64,000 nt of DNA from Planctomycetota bacterium (lineage in GTDB: Bacteria; Planctomycetota; Planctomycetia; Gemmatales; Gemmataceae): contig JACPZP010000125.1 of NCBI GenBank assembly GCA_016195405.1, positions 21,665 through 85,664 of the forward strand, read 5' to 3'. The notes under the pieces are model-generated. The model was not told the origin of the DNA, searched no databases, and saw nothing but the letters and a program-made list of their open reading frames with translations. How positions within the stretch are numbered: position 1 is the first letter of the stretch; each line of letters opens with the position of its first letter. The translations under genes and the position numbers were made by a program. Positions 37,760 through 47,424 of this stretch are shown piece by piece.

Positions 37760-40546
37760 ATGAACGCTTTCGAAGACAATGCCAGGTCGATTTTCCTCGC
37801 CGCCCTGGAACGTGCGCCCGACCAATGGCCCGCTTTCCTGGACGAGGCCTGCGGCGACAATGCTGAGCTGCGGGCACGGGTCGATCAACTCCTGCACTCC
37901 CACCAGGCGATAGGCAGCATTCATGCGATAGGCAACATTCATGGGGGCGGCGCAGAGAAGCAAGATGGCACGCGCGACCAGTCCATGGCCGAGCGCCCCG
38001 GCGCCGTCATCGGCCCGTACAAGCTCCTGCAGCAGATTGGTGAAGGCGGCTTCGGGACGGTCTTCATGGCTGAGCAGACCCAGCCGGTGCAGCGCAAAGT
38101 CGCCCTCAAGGTCATCAAGCCCGGCATGGGCGGCCGCCAGGTGATCGCCCGCTTCGAGGCGGAACGACAAGCCCTGGCCATGATGGACCATGTCAACATC
38201 GCCCGCGTCCTCGACGCCGGGACAACGGAATCCGGCCTGCCGTATTTTGTCATGGAGCTGGTCCACGGAGTGCCCATTACCAAGTATTGCGACGACAACC
38301 AACTGACGCCGCGCGAGCGCCTGGAGCTGTTCGTGCCGGTGTGCCAGGCGATCCAGCACGCCCACCAGAAGGGCATCATTCACCGCGACATCAAGCCGTC
38401 CAACGTCATGGTCACGCTCTACGACGGCAAGCCGGTCCCCAAGGTGATCGACTTCGGCGTGGCCAAGGCGACCGAGCAAAAGCTGACCGAGCGGACCCTG
38501 TTCACGCAGTACGGCACCATGGTCGGCACGCTGGAATACATGAGCCCGGAGCAGGCGGAGATGAGCGGGCTGGGCGCCGACACCCGCAGCGACATCTACT
38601 CGCTGGGCGTGCTCCTGTACGAGCTCTTGACGGGCAGCACGCCGCTCTCCCACAAGCGGCTCAAGGAAGCGGCCTATGCCGAGATTCTCCGCATGATCAA
38701 GGAGGAGGAGCCGCCCAAGCCGAGCACGCGGCTCTCCGACTCGGGGGAAGCGCTGGCGTCGATCTCGGCGCATCGCCACATGGAACCGGCCAAGCTGACG
38801 AAGCTGGTCAAGGGCGAGCTGGACTGGATCGTGATGAAATGCCTCGAGAAAGACCGCAACCGCCGCTACGAGACCGCCAACGGCTTCGCCGCCGACGTGC
38901 AGCGCTACTTGGACGACGAGCCGGTGCTGGCTTGCCCACCGTCGGCAGTCTACCGGCTCGGTAAGTTTGTCCGCCGCAACCGCGGCCAGGTCATCGTCGT
39001 TGCCGTCGTGCTGCTCTGCTTGATCGGAGGCATGGTAGGCACGACCTGGGGCCTCATTCGTGCAATAAACGCAGAGGAACAGGCTAAGGACGATGCCAAG
39101 AAAGCGAAGCGCTCCGATGAGGAGGCGCGGGCGGTGCTCGGCTTCTTCCAGGAACGGGTTCTGTCAGCCCTGCGGCCGAAGGGCCTGGAGGGGGGGCTCG
39201 GCAAGGACGCCACGATTCGCGACGCCCTGGACGCGGCCGAGCCGGAGATCGAGAAGGCCTTCGCCGGACAGCCCCTCGCAGAGGCCACCATCCGCGACAC
39301 GCTGGCCACCAGCTACTGGCACCTCGGCGAAAACGAGGTAGCCATCCGGCAATATGAGCGCGCTCTGGCCCTTCGTCGCCAAGCTCTCGGTCCCAACCAC
39401 CGCGATACGCTCATGAGCATGAACAACCTCGCCAATGCCTACGGAGACGCCGGCCGCATCGCGGACTCGCTGGCGTTGCACGAACAAACACTCCGGGAGC
39501 GCCGTGCCCAGTTGGGGCCCGAGGACATCGATACGCTGGAAAGCCTGAACAACCTCGGCATGTTTTATATTGATGCCGGACGGCCTGCGGAGGCTGTGCC
39601 GCTGCTTGAGGAATCGTTCCGGAAAGCCAAAGCAAAGCTCGGCCCCGACCACGTGGATTCCCTGTCAGGCATGGGTAATCTGGTCCGGGGATACGTCGAG
39701 GCCGGCCGACCGACCGAGGCTTTGCCGCTTGCCCTGGAGGTGGTCGAACGCTGCACGCTCAAACTTGGGCTCGACCACCCGGGCACGCTCATCGCGCGGC
39801 AGAACTTGGCGCTGACTTACCGCGACATGGGTCGGCTAAGCGAAGCCTTGCCGCTGTTTGAGGATGTCCGCAATCGCGCCGAGGCTGTGGTCGGCGGTGA
39901 TCATCCCGGTGCGCTGAGCGGCATGTATTTCCTCGGCGTGGCCTATCAATGCATGGGCCGATTGGACGACGCCGGTCCCCTTCTGGCGGAGACACTCAAA
40001 CGGTGCAGAGCCAAGATAGGCTCGGACCACCGGAAGACGCTCATGGTCATCGCCGCCTTGGCCGCGACCTACGAGGAGGCCGGCGAATTGGGCAAAGCGG
40101 AACCCCTCGGCCAGGAGTTGGTGTCCGGCACTCGCCGGCGGCTCGGTCTGGATCACCCCGACACCAACGCAGCCCTGACCCAGCTCAGCCTGATCTTGGT
40201 GAAGCAGCACAAGCTCGACGACGCCGAGCCCCTCGCGCGCTAGGGCCTGGCCCTAGTGGAGAAGAAGCAGCCGGACAGCTGGCAGCGTTTCCAAGCTATG
40301 AGTGTGCTTGGCGCTGGCCTGCTCGCCCGGAAGAAATACGCGGAAGCCGAACCACTTCTACTCCAGGGTTACGCCGGGCTGCAGGAACGGGCCGCCAAGA
40401 TGCCGGCGCCCGCCAAGAAGCACCTCGGCGAGGCCCTTGAGCGGCTCGTGCGGCTCTACGACGCGGCCGGCCAGCCGGAGAACGCGGCCGAGTGGCGGCG
40501 GAAGTTCGAGGCGGAAAAGAGGGAAGAAAAAAAGCCGGGACCGTGA
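37760..40546 (+). CDS. Ser/Thr protein kinase with TM segment and C-terminal TPR array. Reading frame interrupted by a single in-frame TAG at 40241..40243
   Basis: Kinase motifs ([27 protein letters not shown]), TM ([14 protein letters not shown]), >8 TPR units. The TPR sequence continues in the same frame after the TAG (...[22 protein letters not shown]...). Confidence 0.85.
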
Positions 40547-40574
40547 CCCCGGCTGACGACCGCCCAAAAGAAAC

Positions 40575-40616
40575 GGCCGGTGAGGTCCTTACCGCCAAGC
40601 AAGCCCCTCACCGGCC
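40575..40616. repeat. Palindromic element GGCCGGTGAGG-(loop)-CCTCACCGGCC, copy 1
   Basis: 11-bp perfect inverted arms around a TCCTTACCGCCAAGCAAGCC loop. Related copies at 42253..42343. Confidence 0.8.
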
Positions 40617-40702
40617 CGGCACCGCCCCGGCGCTCGGTCTGCGCGCCGGGAACGATGTCTCTCCAATTTATCGCAGACCAATCTTCCCAAGGAGTCTTTG
40701 CT

Positions 40703-42229
40703 ATGCGTATTTCATTCTGGCTGCGATCCGCACGTTCCCTCTTCGTGCCGTCCGGCACCGAGAAAGGACATCGTCCCACACGGCTTCGTAAGCGGGCCTT
40801 GGCCGCCCCGTTGAGCGTCGAACGGCTGGAGGACCGGACCGTCCCCAGCACCTTTATGGTCGGCAACCTCAGCGACAGCGGCCCCGATTCGCTGCGGCAG
40901 GCAATCCTCGACGCCAACGCCAACCCTGGCGCCGACCTGATCCGCTTCGCCCCCGCGGCCCGTGACGGCACCATCGCGCTGGCCGGCGGTCAGCTGAGCA
41001 TCACGGACGATCTCATCATCGACGGCCCGGGCGCCGGCCGGCTGGCCGTCAGCGGCAACGACGCCAGCCGAGTCTTCCAGGTCGGCCGCGGCGTGGCCGC
41101 GAGCATCGACGACCTGACCATCACCCACGGGCGAGCCATCGGGCAGGGCGGCGGCATCTTGAATGCCGGCACCTTGACCCTGTCCCATGTCATCCTGTCT
41201 GACAACCTGGTCGTTGGCCTCCCGAGCGCGAGCGTCGTCGTGGACGCCTTCGGCGGCGGCATCTTTAACTCGGGAACCCTCACCGTCGGCCACAGCAGCT
41301 TCGTCCACAACCAGGCGACTGGCGGGGACGGCGCCATTGGCACCACGGGCAGCTCCGCACTCGGCGGGGCCATCATGTCCAATGGGACCGCGATCGCGCC
41401 GGCCACCGCCACCGTCAGTTACAGCAAGTTCCTCGACAACCACGCCATCGGCGGTGCGGCCGGCGCCGGCGCCAGCCGCGCCGGCGTGGGCGGCGCCATC
41501 AACAATGCTACTGGCACCTTCACCGTCAGCCACAGTGTGTTCCGCGACAATCAGGCCGTCGGCGGGCTCGACAATGGCGTCCCGGGCGGCTTCGGCGCGG
41601 GTGCGGGCGGCGCCATCTCGAACGTCGCGCGCTTTGGCAGCGCGTTCCTCTCCGTCAGCCATAGCACGTTCCTCGACAACCGGGCCGTTGGCGGGGCCGC
41701 CGGCAACGGCGGCAACGCGCAACCCGGCAGGGGCGGTGCGATCGCGAACTACATTTTCGGGGGGGTCCCGCAACCCGTGACGGTCACCGCGACCGCCCAC
41801 ATCGACCACAGCATGCTACTCGGCAACCAGGCCATCGGCGGTGCCGGCACCACGGGCGGAACCGGCCAAGGCGGCGGCATCGCGAATTTGAACGGCGGCG
41901 TCCTCTCTGTGTCGAACTCGTTGATCGCCTTGAACCAGGCCATCGGCGGCGCGGGCAACGGCGGCAACGGCGGCAATGGCCTGGGCGGCGGCATCTTCAA
42001 CGGTGGTCCCAACCAAACCGGCACGCCGAGCCTCACGCTCAACCACAGTATCGTCGCGCTCAACCGGGCCGACGGCGGCGTGGCAGTAGGCGGCGGCAGC
42101 GCCGGCCTGGGAGTCGGCGGAGGCCTCTACCTTTCGCCGGGCGGCGTCGCGTCCGCCGACCCGTGGACACTGATCTTCGCCAACGACGCTTCCACAAGCG
42201 ACGATGACGTGTTTGGAATTCTGGCCTAA
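40703..42229 (+). CDS. Secreted Pmp-like (GGAI / FxxN repeat) parallel beta-helix protein with Planctomycete ERLEDRTVPS N-terminal motif (start at MRISFW; ORF opens at 40580)
   Basis: Repeated GGAI (GGAIMSNG, GGAINNATG, GGAISNV, GGAIANY) and FxxN (FVHN, FLDN, FRDN) motifs, Gly-rich beta-helix rungs, N-terminal SVERLEDRTVPS. Confidence 0.75.
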   Translation: MRISFWLRSARSLFVPSGTEKGHRPTRLRKRALAAPLSVERLEDRTVPSTFMVGNLSDSGPDSLRQAILDANANPGADLIRFAPAARDGTIALAGGQLSITDDLIIDGPGAGRLAVSGNDASRVFQVGRGVAASIDDLTITHGRAIGQGGGILNAGTLTLSHVILSDNLVVGLPSASVVVDAFGGGIFNSGTLTVGHSSFVHNQATGGDGAIGTTGSSALGGAIMSNGTAIAPATATVSYSKFLDNHAIGGAAGAGASRAGVGGAINNATGTFTVSHSVFRDNQAVGGLDNGVPGGFGAGAGGAISNVARFGSAFLSVSHSTFLDNRAVGGAAGNGGNAQPGRGGAIANYIFGGVPQPVTVTATAHIDHSMLLGNQAIGGAGTTGGTGQGGGIANLNGGVLSVSNSLIALNQAIGGAGNGGNGGNGLGGGIFNGGPNQTGTPSLTLNHSIVALNRADGGVAVGGGSAGLGVGGGLYLSPGGVASADPWTLIFANDASTSDDDVFGILA

Positions 42230-42252
42230 AGCGAAAGCCAACCAAGAAATGC

Positions 42253-42343
42253 GGCCGGTGAGGTCCTTACCGCCAAGCAATCGTCGATGGCAAGGAAAGA
42301 CGACTGTTGAGGTCTTAAACGCCAAGAAACCTCCTCACCGGCC
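42253..42343. repeat. Palindromic element GGCCGGTGAGG...CCTCACCGGCC, expanded copy with duplicated inner unit
   Basis: Same 11-bp arms as 40575..40616. Inner GTGAGGTCCTTACCGCCAAGCAA unit plus a diverged second unit TTGAGGTCTTAAACGCCAAGAAACC. Confidence 0.8.
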
Positions 42344-42532
42344 ATCGTAGACCTCTGGGTGGCCGTTTCGTCCTTTCCCGTCGCAGAGGGACGGCCGACT
42401 TCTCGCTCACTGTCCAGCAGAATAACGGTTTCCACCGCTGTGATCTGGGAAAGCTGTGGGCGACGGTGGAACGACCGCATCGAGGACGCAACTTCGGATA
42501 AAGTCTATCCGTCGCGGCCTTGGTCGCGCTCG

Positions 42533-43912
42533 TCATTTCAACCGTTTGACGTCGATCAGATGGACCCCGCCGGAGCCGCCAACGGCCAGCGTTTTTCCGT
42601 CGGGATGGAACGCCAGCCCGCCAACCGCGCCGCTGGGCAACATCAGCATTTGCGGGGTGCGGTTCGGGTTGGCCAGACTGATGATCAGCATGCGCGGCTG
42701 CGGCAGGTCCTCCGGATCCGGGTTGCGCCTTATCGCTTTCAGATCAAGCTTCGGAAAGCCCGCCACCACGACATGCCGGCCGTCCGGGCTGAGCGCTGCC
42801 TGGCCGAACTGAATTTCGTCGAGCGGGACCGTGCGGGCAACCTTCTTACCGACTAAATCCCACACGATCAGCGGTCCGCCGGCACGCCCAATCATCGTTC
42901 GGCCATCCGCGGCAAAAAGCGGCGGTGCGAAATACGCGAGCGGGTCGGCGTTCTTCGGTCCGGGGACGCGAGCGACCTCCTCCAGCGTGTCGGGCGCGAC
43001 AATCACCAAGGTCTTGGAGTCCGGTTGCAGTCGCCGTAGTGAGGAAACCAGCCACTTGCCGTCCGGCGACAGGTACACGCCGTCGAAGAAGGTCTTGTCA
43101 TCGGGCGCGTCCAAGGTCTTCAGGGCTTTTTCCGCGGCGAGATCGTACTTCACGAGCGCGGCGTTCACTTTTCCGTCCGGCTGAAACTGGTATGTCGTCA
43201 GATAGGCCGTTTTCCCATCTTGGGTAAACACGGGATAGGCATGAGTGTTCAACAGCGTCTTCGACTTCTTGCTCGCCAGGTCCACCAGCTCCGCGGCCTG
43301 CGGTTGATTCCTCGAGGTCGCGGCCGTGTAGGAGCCGATCGTGTTGACGTAGGCAGACTTGCCGTCGGGGAGGAGGAACACATTCGACGGCCCGCGATCA
43401 CGGAAGACGATCGAATCTTTCAGCTTGCCCGAGACAGCGTCGTACAGGTCGATGCGGCCATTGATCTCTAACCGGTCGCTCACCTTGCCGTCCTTTTCCT
43501 CGCGGACGACCTTGCGCGTCTTCACGTCCACCAGGATCGTCTTCCAGTCGGGCGTCGGGTTGGCGTAGTTCCAGTTGTTGCGCAGCCCGCTTGGGGTATC
43601 GAAGCGAGCCGTCTCCTTCCAGTTTGCCGTGTCCCAGAGCTGGACAACGCCGGAGGGGTATCCCGCCATCATCATGCGCTTGCCGTCGGGCGAGAAGCGG
43701 ACGTCGCTGATGGAGGCCTTGCGGTCGGGATGAGGCAGGGTCTTGACCAGACGCTCCGTGACCGGGTCGCGTTTTGGCCCCTTCTTGGGCGCCAGGACGG
43801 TGATGTCGTGACGGGTCGGGGCCACCTTCGCTTCGGGCCAGGCATCGAACGAGATGACGACTTCGGCGGCGCCCTCGAACTCGGCGGCCCGAACCGGGCC
43901 GTGCAAGTTCAC
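42533..43912 (-). CDS. Beta-propeller (PD40/WD40-like) repeat protein, GTG start overlapping the upstream ORF stop (GTGA)
   Basis: 459 aa. Repeated SPDGK / LPDGK / HPDGK blades. Confidence 0.75.
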   Translation of the reverse strand: MNLHGPVRAAEFEGAAEVVISFDAWPEAKVAPTRHDITVLAPKKGPKRDPVTERLVKTLPHPDRKASISDVRFSPDGKRMMMAGYPSGVVQLWDTANWKETARFDTPSGLRNNWNYANPTPDWKTILVDVKTRKVVREEKDGKVSDRLEINGRIDLYDAVSGKLKDSIVFRDRGPSNVFLLPDGKSAYVNTIGSYTAATSRNQPQAAELVDLASKKSKTLLNTHAYPVFTQDGKTAYLTTYQFQPDGKVNAALVKYDLAAEKALKTLDAPDDKTFFDGVYLSPDGKWLVSSLRRLQPDSKTLVIVAPDTLEEVARVPGPKNADPLAYFAPPLFAADGRTMIGRAGGPLIVWDLVGKKVARTVPLDEIQFGQAALSPDGRHVVVAGFPKLDLKAIRRNPDPEDLPQPRMLIISLANPNRTPQMLMLPSGAVGGLAFHPDGKTLAVGGSGGVHLIDVKRLK

Positions 43913-44511
43913 GTATCAGCACGAGCGTCGGCCGGCTTGGCGCCGAACTCCAACACGCCGTTGGTGTCAAAGATGGTCAGCATGTAGGAGACGCGCCCGC
44001 CGACGCCGCCCCCTTTCAGCGAGGCGCACTCCACGTCGATGGCGAGCTGCCCGGTCAGCGCGTCGGGTCTTTTCTTGATGGCTGCGCCCACTTGCGGCAG
44101 TGCAAGCACGTTCGGATTATCGGCAACCAATTTGAGAGGGAAGACGCTCACTTCCAGCCCCTTGTGCGTCTTGCCGCCGACGTGCAGCTCGCCGACGTCG
44201 AATTGGAACGCACCTTCGGCAACGCCGGGGAGGGACTTGGTCGCGGCAACTTTTTCGCCGACTTCGGTGAGGTCGCCGTTGCCGTTGCGGTCCACATAGA
44301 GCGTATCACCGTCCTGGACGAGCCAAACGCGGTGCTTCGCCTCGGCCCCAAAGACGAGCAGACAGTACTTCGGTTTGCCGGTGTATTTCGGTTCCTTCAG
44401 AATGGTGCGATCGACCTTGGAGAGATCGCCCGCCGTAGCGACGCCACACGCCGCCAACAGCAAAACACAAACGACGGATCGCATAAGGCACCTCGGTCGG
44501 TAGTAAGCCAC
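43909..44511 (-). CDS. Secreted hypothetical protein, possibly the N-terminal part of the downstream beta-propeller gene
   Basis: 200 aa. Signal peptide (MRSVVCVLLLAACGVATA). 4-bp GTGA overlap with the next ORF. Confidence 0.45.
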   Translation of the reverse strand: MAYYRPRCLMRSVVCVLLLAACGVATAGDLSKVDRTILKEPKYTGKPKYCLLVFGAEAKHRVWLVQDGDTLYVDRNGNGDLTEVGEKVAATKSLPGVAEGAFQFDVGELHVGGKTHKGLEVSVFPLKLVADNPNVLALPQVGAAIKKRPDALTGQLAIDVECASLKGGGVGGRVSYMLTIFDTNGVLEFGAKPADARADT

Positions 44512-44517
44512 ACCTGC

Positions 44518-46947
44518 TCAATCCAAATCCAAGCTCTGAAACTCGCCCTTCGCATCCAGCACCGTTGCCCAGACCTTGTGCGATCCTTGATGCTCACTGG
44601 GGCCGAAGGTGAGCGGCGCGCCCAGGCCGAAATCGAGACCGCGAATGGATTCGATGGCTTCGACGAGCGCTTCGGTCGTCAAATCGGGGCCGGCTTTATC
44701 GAGTGCGGTGCAGAGGAGCTTGGCGGCGATGTAGCCTTCGAGCGAAACGAAGCCGGGGCGCTCTTCGGGGGAGAACTGGGCGAGGTGTTCGCGATATTGC
44801 AGGACGCCGGTGGCGCTGGAGCCGTGGAAGGGGACCACCTGCGTGACGATTACGCCTTGTGCGTACATGGGCGACATTTCCATGAGCGTCTCGGCCAAGG
44901 CGTCGCTGCCCACGAAAGAGACATTGCTGAAGATCGGATTCATGCCGGCGTCGCGGACGCGCTTGATGAAGGCGGCCGCCGGCCGATATGTGGGGACCAT
45001 GACCACCGCCTTGATCCGGTCCTTGTGCTTGAGCAACTCGGCGACGGCGGCGTCCACGTTGCTCGAGTTGCGCTCGTAGCCCACGCGGAGAATCTTGTCC
45101 GTGTCGAAGCCGACTTTGCGCAATGCCTTGGCGACGCCGTTGAAGCCGGCGTCGCCGTAGCCGTCCTGCTGGGCGAAGACGGCGATCTCGTCGGGCTTAA
45201 GCTTGCGCACGCCGAGCAAGTAGTGCACGATGGCGGCGGTTTCCTCGGCGTAGCTGGCGCGGTAGTTGAAGACGTAGCGGTCGGGCGGATCGCGCCGGAG
45301 CAGGCCAGCGCCCGTAAAGGCGCCGAAGAACACGCGCTTGTGCTTGAGGATCAAAGGCACGGCCACCTCGGCGGTCGGCGTCCCCACGTTGCCGACGAAG
45401 GCGAAAACAGGCCGTTTGTCGAGCATATCCTGCATTGTTTCGGCGCAGCGCTTGGGTTCGTAGCCGTCGTCCAAGGAAAGGAGCTTGAGCTTACGTCCAT
45501 GAATGCCGCCGGCCGATTCATTGACATGGCGAAGATAAGTTTCGATGCCGGTCTGCATGCCGCGGCCGAGTTCCTTGGCCGGACCGGAGAAGGGCGCGCT
45601 GATGCCGAGCGTGATCTCGCCAGGGGTGACGCCCGGAGCGCTGGCCGTCAGCGTGGACTTGTCGGCGCCGGAACCGTCGCCGGCGCCACTGGCGTGGCGG
45701 TCGTCTTGCCTGCCTCCGAAAGCCAGCCACAGCGCCAGCGCGCCGCCGATAAGAATCAGCGCCGCGAAAGCCGCCAGCGTGATGTGCCGTGACTTGGATG
45801 GCGGCGCGGGCACGCCCGTTACGGTCGGGGGGTGACGGTGAAATTGCGTGGCCGACTTTGGAGCGACGGCGGTGGTTGTAGCGCCTGTTGAGCCGCCCAC
45901 GCGAACCCGGGGATTGCTCAAGATGCCCGTCAAGATGGCCTCCAACGCTCCCTTGAACTCGCCGACACTCTGGTAGCGGTCTTCGGGCGCGATGCTCATG
46001 GCCTTGTGCAGCACCGGCTCCAGCGCCTCGGCGCCGGCCAGTCCCTGGGCCGGGAAATCGATCGGCTCCGGCGCCTGGGTCATCTGTTTCGCCAGAACGG
46101 AATTGAGCGTCTTTCCCGTGTAGGGCGGCCGGGCCGTAAGGAGGAAATAGAGGATGGCGCCCAAGCCGTAGACGTCGGCCCTGGCATCGGGTTCGCCGGT
46201 GCCTTCGAGCTGCTCGGGAGCGGTGAAGCCGCAGGTGCCGACGCCGACGCCGGCCTGAGTGACGGCCAGGCCCGACTCGGGCGTTGGGGTCGCCGGTTTC
46301 GCCAGGCCGAAGTCGAGGAGCTTGACGACGGGTTCGGACGACCCGGGCACACTGACGACAAAGACATTGGAGGGTTTGAGATCGCGGTGAACGATGTTGG
46401 CCTGATGTGCCGCGGCGATGCCCGCGATGATCTGCCCCATCAAGTGCAGCACCTGGCGCAAGGGCGGCCGGTTCTGCGCGGTGACGAAGGCGTCCAGCGG
46501 TTTGCCGGACAAGAGTTCCATGACGATGAACGGCGTCGCGGCCGGCTCGGCGCCTCCTAGCGCGGTAGTCCCGAAATCGATGATGCTGACGATATTGGGG
46601 TGATTGAGCTGGCTGAGTATTTTGGCTTCGCGAAAGAACCGTTGGACCGTGTCCTCGGAGAGCTTGTTCGTCGCCGACAGGGTCTTGATGGCGACCGCGC
46701 GGCCCAAGGAAAGTTGTACGCCGCGATAAACGGTCCCCATGCCCCCCTCGCCGAGCTTGGATTCGACGCGAAACGCGCCCTTGAGAACCTCGCCCGCCAG
46801 CGACGCCGCCGGCCCGCCTCCCGCTTCGCTCTCCGGCACGTGCGTCGACTCGAAGACGCTTGTTGGATGATTGGTGTTTTCGGAGGCGGACATCAAGAAG
46901 TCTCCAGGGTGCAAGCACGGGGTTGGTGGCACGCCCACGTCTCGCAT
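44518..46947 (-). CDS. Ser/Thr protein kinase fused via a TM helix to an extracytoplasmic LivK-like (type I periplasmic binding protein) ligand-binding domain
   Basis: Kinase motifs (GEGGMGTVY, AIK, HRDLKPSN, DFG, APEQ), TM (ITLAAFAALILIGGALALWLAF), then a branched-chain-amino-acid-binding-protein-like domain (ITLGISAPFSGPAKELG...VFAFVGNVGTPTA...). Confidence 0.85.
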   Translation of the reverse strand: MRDVGVPPTPCLHPGDFLMSASENTNHPTSVFESTHVPESEAGGGPAASLAGEVLKGAFRVESKLGEGGMGTVYRGVQLSLGRAVAIKTLSATNKLSEDTVQRFFREAKILSQLNHPNIVSIIDFGTTALGGAEPAATPFIVMELLSGKPLDAFVTAQNRPPLRQVLHLMGQIIAGIAAAHQANIVHRDLKPSNVFVVSVPGSSEPVVKLLDFGLAKPATPTPESGLAVTQAGVGVGTCGFTAPEQLEGTGEPDARADVYGLGAILYFLLTARPPYTGKTLNSVLAKQMTQAPEPIDFPAQGLAGAEALEPVLHKAMSIAPEDRYQSVGEFKGALEAILTGILSNPRVRVGGSTGATTTAVAPKSATQFHRHPPTVTGVPAPPSKSRHITLAAFAALILIGGALALWLAFGGRQDDRHASGAGDGSGADKSTLTASAPGVTPGEITLGISAPFSGPAKELGRGMQTGIETYLRHVNESAGGIHGRKLKLLSLDDGYEPKRCAETMQDMLDKRPVFAFVGNVGTPTAEVAVPLILKHKRVFFGAFTGAGLLRRDPPDRYVFNYRASYAEETAAIVHYLLGVRKLKPDEIAVFAQQDGYGDAGFNGVAKALRKVGFDTDKILRVGYERNSSNVDAAVAELLKHKDRIKAVVMVPTYRPAAAFIKRVRDAGMNPIFSNVSFVGSDALAETLMEMSPMYAQGVIVTQVVPFHGSSATGVLQYREHLAQFSPEERPGFVSLEGYIAAKLLCTALDKAGPDLTTEALVEAIESIRGLDFGLGAPLTFGPSEHQGSHKVWATVLDAKGEFQSLDLD

Positions 46948-47103
46948 TGCACAGTTTCGGGTGCCGCATACGATGACGTGGACGTGCCACCGTGCCGCCC
47001 GGCGCCGCAGACGATCAAGCTCGTATTATATTTCGATTGCTGCGTAATGGAATTGGACTGAGGGACTGGGTGGCGCGCGGGATGAAGCGGTCGTCATCCA
47101 ACG

Positions 47104-47424
47104 TTACTCACCGTCGAATGAAGACAAGCCGTCCTCATCGTCGCGGCTTGTGAACCGCGCGGCATGAATTTCAAGGACGCGGGCTGAAATATCGCGGCGG
47201 ACAAAGAAAAGAAAGGCGAAATCCCCATATACGGGATCCGAAAGCGTCAACGGACACGTGAACATGTTGGCGAAGGGCACCACCGGCTCTTTGAGGAATG
47301 AGCTTGGGTCAGCAGCCACGTCAATGTTTAGCAGGTTAAGAAGGTCGATAAGGATTTTTCGATCCAATCCCCAGGATTGAATCTCAGATCGGACGTTCGG
47401 CGGGATTCTTACCCTGTAGCTCAC
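47104..47424 (-). CDS. RelE/ParE-family toxin-like protein
   Basis: 106 aa. N-terminal MSYRVRI...VRSEIQSW and C-terminal FAFLFFVRRDISARVLEIHAARFTSRDD resemble the ParE/RelE YRIIY...ILRILHGRRD pattern. Confidence 0.45.
   Translation of the reverse strand: MSYRVRIPPNVRSEIQSWGLDRKILIDLLNLLNIDVAADPSSFLKEPVVPFANMFTCPLTLSDPVYGDFAFLFFVRRDISARVLEIHAARFTSRDDEDGLSSFDGE

Noticed and set aside
40712-42325. Minus-strand ORFs of 365, 140, 104 and 169 aa, and the + strand 197-aa ORF 41187..41780
   Set aside because: All are alternative-frame or antisense shadows of the Gly/Ala-rich Pmp-like gene.
45518-46990. 490-aa Arg/Gly-rich minus-strand ORF
   Set aside because: Alternative frame of the kinase-PBP gene.
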